Part shown: positions 53,731-61,384 of the stretch, piece after piece | Position numbering within the stretch: position 1 is the stretch's first letter | Layout: each line of letters opens with the position of its first letter | DNA from: SAR202 cluster bacterium bin22 | GTDB lineage: Bacteria; Chloroflexota; Dehalococcoidia; Lucifugimonadales; UBA3495 | Direction: 5' to 3' | Length of the DNA: 64,000 nt | NCBI GenBank assembly: GCA_002238505.1 | Contig: MPMM01000003.1 | Location: forward strand, 141,864 to 205,863 | Notes under the pieces: model-generated | The model's input: the letters and a program-made list of their open reading frames with translations, nothing else | Database searches by the model: none | What the model was told of the DNA's origin: nothing | Position numbers and translations under genes: made by a program

Positions 53731-55785
53731 CTACCGGGGAAACGCCTCCCTTACTCCGCCGTCCACCGGAATCATCGCCCCGGTGGTCTTGGCCGAACGG
53801 GCTGAGGCCAGGAACAGTACCGTCTCCGCCACGTCCTCGGCGAACACTCGCGCCTTCAGCAAGTTTCGCTGGCGATAGAAGTCTTCCAGCCCCTCCACGG
53901 TAACCCCGTGGGCCGACGCCCGATCCTCCCTGAGTTCCTGCGACCATAGCTGCGAACCCTGGAAAATCGCGTCCGGGTTGACCACGTTCACCCGGATGCC
54001 ATGCTGGCCGTTCTCCAAAGCCAGCACCCGGGCCAGTTGCACCTCCGCCGCCTTGGCCACGCTGTAGGCCCCAAACTCCGCCCCCGGAGCCGGCACATTC
54101 TTGGTGCCGATAAACACCAGGCTGCCGCCCAGTCCCTGCTCCTTCATAAGCTTGACCGTTTCCGCCGAAACCAGGAAGTGTCCCGTGGTGTTGATGTCCA
54201 GGGAACGCTGCCAGTCGGCCAGGGACAGGTCATCTATGGCTCCCACCGGCGCAATGCCGGCGTTGGAAACCAGGATGTCCAGGCCTCCGTAAGTCCGCCT
54301 CAGCGACTGAAAGACGTCGGCCACCTGGGCCGGGTCAGCCACGTTCATGGGCAGGGCTGCGGCGCGTTCGGGGCCGGCGTTGCGGTTAATGCCGGCAGCC
54401 ACGTCCTGCGCCCCCTCGGCGTCCAGGTCAGTGACTATCACGTGGGCGCCCTCGTTGGCCAGACGTTCCGCAATCACCTTCCCGATTCCGCTGGCCGCTC
54501 CGGTAACCAGGGCTACCTGCCGGGCCAGTTCCTTCTCCGGTGGCGCCAGGGTCAGCTTGTAAAGCTCCAGGGGCCAGTACTCAGCATCGTAGGCATCCCT
54601 GGGGGTCAGGGACGTGTAATCGCTGACCGACTGTGCCGTGCGCAGAACGTTTATCGTATGGTGGTAAATATCATTGGTTATCAGCGAGGCCCGGGCATCC
54701 CTGCCCGTGGTCCACATGCCCACCCCGGGCAGCAGTATGACCCGTGGGTATGGGTCCAGCATCGAATCATCGCCGGTGGTGTGCTGCTGGTACCAGGCAG
54801 CGTACTCCTCGGCATAGGCGTCCATGCCCCGCCGGAGTTCCTCTTTCACTGCCTCCACGTCTTCAGGGTCTGCCACATCCAGCCACAGCGGCTTTCGCTT
54901 GGTGTGGATCAGGTGGTCCGGAGTGGCCGGGCCAATGGCGCTCAATCCCTGGCCCCCTTCGGAACCGGTAAATTCGAGCACGTCCTCGGCGTCGTCAAAG
55001 CGCAAAACAGACCGTCGCTGCTGGCTGACCAGTCCCCGCAGAGTTGGCGCCACCGCCGCCGCGATTTCCCGCCGTCGGTCCGGCGCCAGGGGATTGCGCT
55101 GCCACCCACCGAAAAATTTACCGTCTCCCGAAGCGGCGAACTCCTCAGCCCTGGTGACCAGGTCAATATGCCGGTCGTATGCTTCCCTGGGATCGTTGCC
55201 CCAGGTGAACAGGCCATGGTTGACCAGCACCACGCCGTCCAGGCTGGGCGCTTCCTTTACCGCCAGCCCCACCAGCTTGGAAAGCTGGAATCCGGGACGC
55301 AGGTACTCCACTATGCCTATGTTGTCGCCATAGACCTTCTTCAGAATGTCGTCGGCGTCCCGGTTATTGGTAAGCCCCACCACCGCGTCGGCGTGAGAGT
55401 GGGCCACGCTGTGAAATGGCAGAAAAGCGTGCAGCAGGGTTTCTATGGATGGCCGGGGCGAGTTGGGGTCCAGGATGCACCGGTCCAGGTAGTCCACCAT
55501 GTCCTCATCAGACATCTGTTCCCGCTCAAATACGGGCAATACCTTCTCCAGTTCCAGCCGGGGGAACTGCCACCGCTCCATGGACTTCAGGTCTGACCCC
55601 GACCCCTTTATCCTCATCACCTCCACGTCCCGACCCAGAAAGTCCTTTTCCATTATCTTGATGGAGGTGTTGCCGCCGCCCCAGACCACCAGCGATGGGT
55701 CGGCCCCAATGAGCCGGCTCATGTAAACCAGTTTGTCTAGTTCGTCCAGCGACTGTGCCTCGCCATCCGACCACAGGTTCTTCAT
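53731..55785 (-). CDS. Bifunctional class II aldolase / short-chain dehydrogenase (rhamnulose-1-phosphate aldolase-ADH-like)
   Basis: 684 aa. The N-terminal class II aldolase/adducin-like domain carries a His cluster (HSHADAV). The C-terminal SDR has TGAASGIG and YSVAK. Confidence 0.85.
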   Translation of the reverse strand: MKNLWSDGEAQSLDELDKLVYMSRLIGADPSLVVWGGGNTSIKIMEKDFLGRDVEVMRIKGSGSDLKSMERWQFPRLELEKVLPVFEREQMSDEDMVDYLDRCILDPNSPRPSIETLLHAFLPFHSVAHSHADAVVGLTNNRDADDILKKVYGDNIGIVEYLRPGFQLSKLVGLAVKEAPSLDGVVLVNHGLFTWGNDPREAYDRHIDLVTRAEEFAASGDGKFFGGWQRNPLAPDRRREIAAAVAPTLRGLVSQQRRSVLRFDDAEDVLEFTGSEGGQGLSAIGPATPDHLIHTKRKPLWLDVADPEDVEAVKEELRRGMDAYAEEYAAWYQQHTTGDDSMLDPYPRVILLPGVGMWTTGRDARASLITNDIYHHTINVLRTAQSVSDYTSLTPRDAYDAEYWPLELYKLTLAPPEKELARQVALVTGAASGIGKVIAERLANEGAHVIVTDLDAEGAQDVAAGINRNAGPERAAALPMNVADPAQVADVFQSLRRTYGGLDILVSNAGIAPVGAIDDLSLADWQRSLDINTTGHFLVSAETVKLMKEQGLGGSLVFIGTKNVPAPGAEFGAYSVAKAAEVQLARVLALENGQHGIRVNVVNPDAIFQGSQLWSQELREDRASAHGVTVEGLEDFYRQRNLLKARVFAEDVAETVLFLASARSAKTTGAMIPVDGGVREAFPR

Positions 55786-55895
55786 AGCTTTTGTCCTGAT
55801 ACTTTGTTTGAAACATTGAATGACAGGATATGCAGGGCCATTAGTCGCACGAACTAAACCCCAATATCCTGTCCATCCTGTCCATCCCTGTGAAT

Positions 55896-56903
55896 TTACC
55901 CGGTCGTCTCAATCCCCAGCAGCTTTTCCAGGTTCTTCCACAGGATCATGTCCTTTTCTTCCTGGGTTACGCTTTCCAGGCTCTGCAGCCAGCCCGTCGG
56001 CGAAGGATCCCACGGCACAAAGGGGTAGTCGCTGCCCAGCACCACCCGCTCAATGCCCACCTGGTCAATCAGGAATCGCAGTGAGCGCTCGCTCATCACT
56101 ACAATGTCGTAGTAAATCCTGCTCTGGTAGTAGCTGGGTGGTCGCGTGATGTTCACCCGGGCTTCCGACCGCACCTTCCAGCCCCGGTCCAGTCGTCCCA
56201 TGCCGAAGCAGGCGGGACCGCCGCCGTGGGCCACGCAGACCTTCAGGTCAGGGCAGTTCTCCATCACTCCGCCGTATATCAGCGCAGCCACCAGCAGCGT
56301 GTCCTCCACTGGCACCCCTACGCAGTTGGGCAGGGCGTACTTGTTCGTCCGCTCCAGCATCAGGTTGTGCTGGGGCTGGGGATGGTAGAACAGGGTGGCG
56401 CCCATGGACTCGGCCGCCTTGAAGAAGGGCAGAAACTCCGGTTCATCCCAGGTCCGGCCGTTGACCACCGTGTCCAGCTCGGCGCCTTTCAGCCCCAGGG
56501 TGTTGACGGCCCGGTCCAGTTCGGCAATGGCGGCGTCCACGTCCTGCATCGGCAGAGCGGCCATTCCGGCCAGCCGGGTGGGGGACTCGTTCACGAAGGC
56601 GGCAATGTCGTTGTTGACTTCCTGTGCGTGGGCTATGCCGTCCGGCGTGGAAAGGTGATAACCGAAAACTGGCGTGTGCAATGAGACCAGTTGGACTTCG
56701 GTGCCCAGTTGGTCCATGTCTGCCACCCGCTCCTCGGGCGTGTACTTGCACTTGGGATGAATGTTTACGATCTTGCCTTCTCGAACGAAAATATTGCGCT
56801 TTTCTTCGTTCGTGTACCTCATGCCGTACCACTCCTGGCCGGCGTCCAGGGTCTTCAGCATGGTCGGAGTAAAGGTATGGGCGTGGATGTCAATGCTGCG
56901 CAT
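55896..56903 (-). CDS. Amidohydrolase_2 family protein (ACMSD-like decarboxylase/hydratase)
   Basis: MRSIDIHAHTF metal-binding HxH, plus the later HGGG and GSDYPF motifs. Confidence 0.85.
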   Translation of the reverse strand: MRSIDIHAHTFTPTMLKTLDAGQEWYGMRYTNEEKRNIFVREGKIVNIHPKCKYTPEERVADMDQLGTEVQLVSLHTPVFGYHLSTPDGIAHAQEVNNDIAAFVNESPTRLAGMAALPMQDVDAAIAELDRAVNTLGLKGAELDTVVNGRTWDEPEFLPFFKAAESMGATLFYHPQPQHNLMLERTNKYALPNCVGVPVEDTLLVAALIYGGVMENCPDLKVCVAHGGGPACFGMGRLDRGWKVRSEARVNITRPPSYYQSRIYYDIVVMSERSLRFLIDQVGIERVVLGSDYPFVPWDPSPTGWLQSLESVTQEEKDMILWKNLEKLLGIETTG

Positions 56904-56964
56904 CCGAAATCCTCCAATGGGCGGTGGGTAGGTCCAGGTTTCCGCTGAACGTGGCGTCCCAGGG

Positions 56965-57960
56965 CTAAAGGTCCAGCAAACTCTCCAGGTTCTTCCACAG
57001 GATCAGGTCCTTCTCTTCCTGGGTAATGCTGTCCAGGCTCAATATCCAGGAAACAGGCCAGTCGAATTCCATATCGTAGGGCCAGTCTGTGCCGAAGAGG
57101 ACCCGGTCTGCCCCCACGGTATCAATCAGGAACCGCAGGGACTCTTCGGTGTAAACGATGCAGTCGTAGTGAAAACGCCGCAGATACTCGCTGGGCGGCA
57201 GGGTGGCTTTGGTCGGTGACTCCGGCAGGCCTCGCCAGCCCCGGTCAATGCGGCCGATGTTATAGCAGGTGTACCCGCCGCCGTGGGACAGGCAGATCTT
57301 CAGGTCCGGACAGGCGTCCATAACCCCGCCCATCACCAGCGAGCAAAAGGTAATGGTCCGGTCGGCCAGGTTCCCCACGCTGTTGGGCAGGTGATAACGC
57401 TTGGTCCGGTAGTCCACCAGCGTATCGTCGCCCTGGTGGAACAGAATAAAGGCCCCCATCTGCTCGGCGGCCTTCCAGAAAGGCAGGAACTCCGGCTCGT
57501 CCAGCAGCTTGCCGTTGACCTTGTCGTCGATCATGGCGCCCTTGAAGCCCATGGTAGTCATAATGCGTTCAAGTTCCGCAATAGCGGCGTTGACGTCCTG
57601 CATCGGCAGTGTGCCCAGCCCGGCAAATCGTTCCGGCCAGGCCTTTACCATATCCGCGATTTCGTTGTTGGAGTCCCGGGAGGTGGCAGCGGCAACCGAG
57701 GCGTCCAGCCCGTAGTTGTAGAAACCGGAGTAGGGGGAAAGGACGTGCACGTCCACTCCCAGCGAGTCCATGTCCGCCATTCGCTCTTCAGGAGTCCATC
57801 GGGCCTTGGGCGGCAGCCCTCCCCTTCGGTCTCCTATAATTGCTATTTCGCGACCCCGCGCGTCCTGCTCGCGGCGCAGGCTGTGCCAGTCGCCGCCATT
57901 TTCCGTGGACTTCCAGAAACATTGGGGGGTCAGGTGGGCGTGAATATCGATACTTCGCAT
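56965..57960 (-). CDS. Amidohydrolase_2 family protein, tandem paralogue
   Basis: MRSIDIHAHL, HGGG and GTDWPY motifs. The start is at Met14, preceded by GGAGAAG. Confidence 0.85.
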   Translation of the reverse strand: MRSIDIHAHLTPQCFWKSTENGGDWHSLRREQDARGREIAIIGDRRGGLPPKARWTPEERMADMDSLGVDVHVLSPYSGFYNYGLDASVAAATSRDSNNEIADMVKAWPERFAGLGTLPMQDVNAAIAELERIMTTMGFKGAMIDDKVNGKLLDEPEFLPFWKAAEQMGAFILFHQGDDTLVDYRTKRYHLPNSVGNLADRTITFCSLVMGGVMDACPDLKICLSHGGGYTCYNIGRIDRGWRGLPESPTKATLPPSEYLRRFHYDCIVYTEESLRFLIDTVGADRVLFGTDWPYDMEFDWPVSWILSLDSITQEEKDLILWKNLESLLDL

Positions 57961-58129
57961 GGTCGTCTTCTCCGGCGGCTGACAGTCCAAAAGGGGCAAA
58001 GTGTGCGGTCAACAAATGGGTTCGCGGCCTACTCCGCGAACGGGCCAAACGTAGCACAAGGGTAAGGCCCTGTCAATTTGAACATCCCTGCTATCAACGG
58101 CGCACATCAGGCCCTCTCTTCAAGAATCC

Positions 58130-58760
58130 CCAGGGTCACACCAGGGTCTTTCGATTTTCCAAGATGTCCCTTCCCCCTTGATGGGGGAAGGTTAGGATGG
58201 GGGTGAAAGTGCAAGGCAATGAGTCATCTGGCCGAAGAACGCCCCCCTCACCCTAACCCTCTCCCGCCAGGATAGAGGGAAAATCGAAAGACCCTGAGGG
58301 TCAGACCCAAGTATCTTCCTATCTCCCCAGCCGAACACTCCACCTGCAAGATCACCCCTCTCCTGGTGGGAAAGGGGCCGGGGGTGAGGGCATCCCCCAC
58401 TGACACCACCCCCTTCCCCTCCTGGCTAACCCACCCCTACCATCAAAAGACAATACCCAAACATCCCCCCTCTCCCATAGGAAGATGGGCCAGGGGTGAG
58501 GGCTCCCCAAATACAAACCATGTCATCCTGAGCGAAGCCGAAGGATCTAAAATCCATGCCACATACCATGCCCAGCCAACCGCAACCAACATCAATCCCG
58601 AAATTCACTCCTCGCCCTATGGGAGAGGGGCCGGGGGTGAGGGCAACCCCCCCACCCCCTTCCCCTCCTGGATTACCCACCCCTACCATCAATAGATAAT
58701 AAACAACACAAGATCACCCCTCTCCTGGCGGGAGAGGGGCCGGGGGTGAGGGCGCCCTCC
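58130..58760. repeat. Nest of GC-rich palindromic (hairpin) repeats
   Basis: There are at least six copies of a unit of the form CCCCTCTCC-loop-GGAGAGGGG-CCGGGGGTGAGGGC. Four are in + orientation (58353-58391, 58465-58503, 58606-58644, 58714-58753). A degenerate inverted pair lies at 58169-58213 and 58241-58277. A 40-nt C-rich sub-repeat occurs twice (58407-58446 and 58652-58692). A perfect 19-bp inverted repeat lies at 58142-58160 / 58278-58296. Confidence 0.85.
58522..58555 (+). repeat. Short hairpin repeat, family B copy
   Basis: GTCATCCTGAGCGAAGCCGAAGGATCTAAAATCC. It is related to 44178-44215. Confidence 0.6.
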
Positions 58761-59005
58761 TTCACAGGCAAGCTGGCAATGAAAGCATGACCCTTTCAAA
58801 AGCCAGTCAGTCTCACCCGCACCCAGCTACAAAATAACCGGAAATGCAAGGAAATGGCAGGAAAAAACAATTTTCACCCCGACCCGGTTGCATTGGTGAG
58901 GTCGCCCCTCCGAAGCCCACGAAGCGGAGGCCACTCCGGCAATTGCCCTATCACTACGGATAACGTATATTGACCTTGCAACCACCCAGGCAAGGAGGTC
59001 TCGGG

Positions 59006-60301
59006 ATGCGCATACTGTTAATCGCCACCAACAGGCACAACCGTCTGGTTAGCCGGATGAACGCCCAGCCCCTTCCCATTGGAATGGCTTACGTGGCGGG
59101 TCACCTCGACCCCGAACGTCACCAGCTAAAGGTACTGGACCTCATGTTCTCCGACGACTATCTTGCCGAGGTAGAGGAAGCCGTTCACCAGTTCCAGCCC
59201 GAACTGGTCGGTTTGTCACTGCGCAACCTGAGCAACCACAGTTACCTGGACCCACAATGGGCCTTGCCTGTCACCAGGAACGTTATCGACAAGGTTCGCG
59301 AAACCTCCTCCGCTCCCATAGTGTGTGGCGGCCCCGCCTTCAGTCTGCTTCCCACCGAATGCTTCGCCTACCTGGAACCGGACCTCGGTGTGGCTGGCGA
59401 TGCCGGCGAGACCTTTGCCGAACTGGCCGGCCGCATAGAGATAGGCGAACCCTCCTATCTTGACCTGCCAGGCCTGGTGTACCGCAATGAGTCCGGCATC
59501 CAGTTCAACGGCATGCGCTGCCGGTCTGACTTCTCAATGCCGCCCAGGTTCGACGAACTGGACATGGAGAAGTATCGCCTGGCCGGCTTCGGCGTAGGTA
59601 TAGTCACCAAGCTGGGTGACTTTAACTACCCCACATCACCTGGCTCCGAACCGGCGGAGCGCAGCGCGTGGCGGGTAATCCGGCCCATTGAAGAGGTTGT
59701 CCAGGAAGTCAAAGACATGGAAGCCCGCTTCCGCCTCCGCAAGGTCCATTTCATCGACAACGGCTTCAACATTCCCATCGCCCATGCCAAGCAACTGTGC
59801 CAGGCTCTGTCCGAGGCTGACATTGGCGTCCATTGGACCACCGGTCTCGCGCCCTACAGTTGCGATTCAGAACTGGTCGGGATGATGAAAGACGCCGGCT
59901 GCGTCCTGGTAATGATGGGAAACATGAGGGGAGACAGTCACGACGGCGCCACCCTGGGCGAGAGAATGGAACCCATGCTGGAGACCTGCCGGACTTGCGA
60001 GGAGGGTGGCCTCAACTACACCATCGCCCAGCGTTTTGGTGAACCCGGCGAGACCAGGGAGTCGGTGGAAGAGAAACTGGCCTTCCTTCGCAACATTCAG
60101 CCTTCAATGGCGAATCTGCGGGTCGGCGTGAGCATCATGCCCAGCACCCTGGAGGCACAGCTGGCGGTCGAGGAAAACCTGGTGGCGGACGAGAGCGAAC
60201 TCATCCGACCCACCTTTTATATCGCCCCCGATGTTCGGGAATGGATAGTTGACCATCTTAAAGAGGCCGCCGCCGACCAACCCCGGTGGAACCTCTTGTA
60301 A
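59006..60301 (+). CDS. B12-binding-domain radical-SAM-like protein lacking the CX3CX2C motif
   Basis: The N-terminus MRILLIATN...PLPIGMAYVAGHL...VGLSLR is class-B rSAM-like. The core aligns with rSAM TIM-barrel landmarks (RPIEEVVQEVKDM, HFIDNGF, MMKDAGC, GEPGET). Where SRGCPxxCxFC is expected, the sequence reads TKLGDFNYPTSPGSE. AAGGAGG lies upstream of ATG 59006. Confidence 0.7.
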   Translation: MRILLIATNRHNRLVSRMNAQPLPIGMAYVAGHLDPERHQLKVLDLMFSDDYLAEVEEAVHQFQPELVGLSLRNLSNHSYLDPQWALPVTRNVIDKVRETSSAPIVCGGPAFSLLPTECFAYLEPDLGVAGDAGETFAELAGRIEIGEPSYLDLPGLVYRNESGIQFNGMRCRSDFSMPPRFDELDMEKYRLAGFGVGIVTKLGDFNYPTSPGSEPAERSAWRVIRPIEEVVQEVKDMEARFRLRKVHFIDNGFNIPIAHAKQLCQALSEADIGVHWTTGLAPYSCDSELVGMMKDAGCVLVMMGNMRGDSHDGATLGERMEPMLETCRTCEEGGLNYTIAQRFGEPGETRESVEEKLAFLRNIQPSMANLRVGVSIMPSTLEAQLAVEENLVADESELIRPTFYIAPDVREWIVDHLKEAAADQPRWNLL

Positions 60302-60338
60302 CGATGATCCCAGTCAGGGAAGTTAATCCCCTTGACCC

Positions 60339-60366
60339 GTCATACCGGCGAAAGCCGGTATCCAGG
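60339..60366 (+). repeat. Short hairpin repeat, family A copy (GTCATACCGGCGAAAGCCGGTATCCAGG)
   Basis: It is near-identical to 42024-42050 and lies 38 nt downstream of the stop at 60301. Confidence 0.75.
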
Positions 60367-60475
60367 CTTCATCCCATAGGAGAGCCAACCCGCGCCTGAT
60401 CTGGTTCCAGAAACCAGTACCCAAATTCTTGATTATTCGTGCCCGTTAGTGGATGAACAATAACCGGAGGAGACC

Positions 60476-61351
60476 TTGGAACCCACCAGCAAGTATTTCT
60501 CGGCCAACAGCATAACTCTGCACTGCCTCTCCTGGGGCGATCCGTCCAATCCACCGCTGATAATGACCCACGGTATTGGCCTGTGTGCCATGGTGTGGCG
60601 TCCCCTGGCGGAAGATCTGGCCCGTGACTACCACGTCTTGTCCCTGGATTTGCGGGGCCACGGCGACACCGACAAGCCTGGCGGCTACACCTTTGATAAC
60701 ATGGCCGAGGATGTTGTTGGCCTGGTGCAGGCTCTGAATCCTTCCCAGCCTCCCTACGCCATCGGCCATTCTGCCGGTGGAATGACCATCATGATCGCCA
60801 ACCATAAAGCCCCAGGCACGATGGGCCCCACCGTACTGGTGGACACCCGCGTGGGTCCCGCCCTGGAGGTCTATAACCCGGAGGAGCGCGAGGAAAGAAT
60901 GAACCGCACCCGCAACAAGCGGGCTGTATGGGAGTCCCGCGAGGTGATGTACGACGCCTATCGCAACCGCCGGGTCTTTAGCACCTGGACCGATGATGCC
61001 GTCCGGGACTACATCTACGGAGGCACCAGTCTGCTGGACGACGGCAAAGCCGAACTGAAGTGCCCCACTGAGGTCGAGGCTATCTACTACGAAGCCCGGC
61101 ACTCCCTGAATCCCACGCCGTACTTGAAGGGCCTCGGCGGTGAATACCTGCTGCTGCTGGGCAACACCGGCAACTACCCGGACGAAGGCGCCCGCAACAG
61201 CGACGAGATCAAGTACTTCCTTAACGAAGTGAAGGGCGCTCGGATGGAGACCCTGCCCAAGGGTTCCCACTTCGTGGCCATGGAAGACCCGGACATGGTG
61301 CTGGCTTCCGCGCGCCGGTACCTGGACAGCCACCGCCTGGGCGGCAACTGA
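60476..61351 (+). CDS. Alpha/beta hydrolase
   Basis: TTG start 5 nt after GGAGG. It has HGIGLC, DLRGHGDT and the GHSAGG elbow. Confidence 0.8.
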   Translation: MEPTSKYFSANSITLHCLSWGDPSNPPLIMTHGIGLCAMVWRPLAEDLARDYHVLSLDLRGHGDTDKPGGYTFDNMAEDVVGLVQALNPSQPPYAIGHSAGGMTIMIANHKAPGTMGPTVLVDTRVGPALEVYNPEEREERMNRTRNKRAVWESREVMYDAYRNRRVFSTWTDDAVRDYIYGGTSLLDDGKAELKCPTEVEAIYYEARHSLNPTPYLKGLGGEYLLLLGNTGNYPDEGARNSDEIKYFLNEVKGARMETLPKGSHFVAMEDPDMVLASARRYLDSHRLGGN

Positions 61352-61384
61352 TTCCCGACAACCACTGGACTAGCGCCGGTATTC

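Noticed and set aside
58366-58695. 109-aa (+) and 88-aa (-) ORFs inside the repeat nest
   Set aside because: They are low-complexity translations of the hairpin repeats (GRGAGGEG, PLPSWLTHPYHQ repeated). The periodicity comes from the DNA repeats and not from coding constraint.
58130-58760. A CRISPR array hypothesis for the repeat nest
   Set aside because: The repeats are internally palindromic and variable in sequence. They are irregularly spaced (about 75-110 nt between unit starts, with other repeat types interleaved) and occur in both orientations. No cas genes or leader are present in the window.
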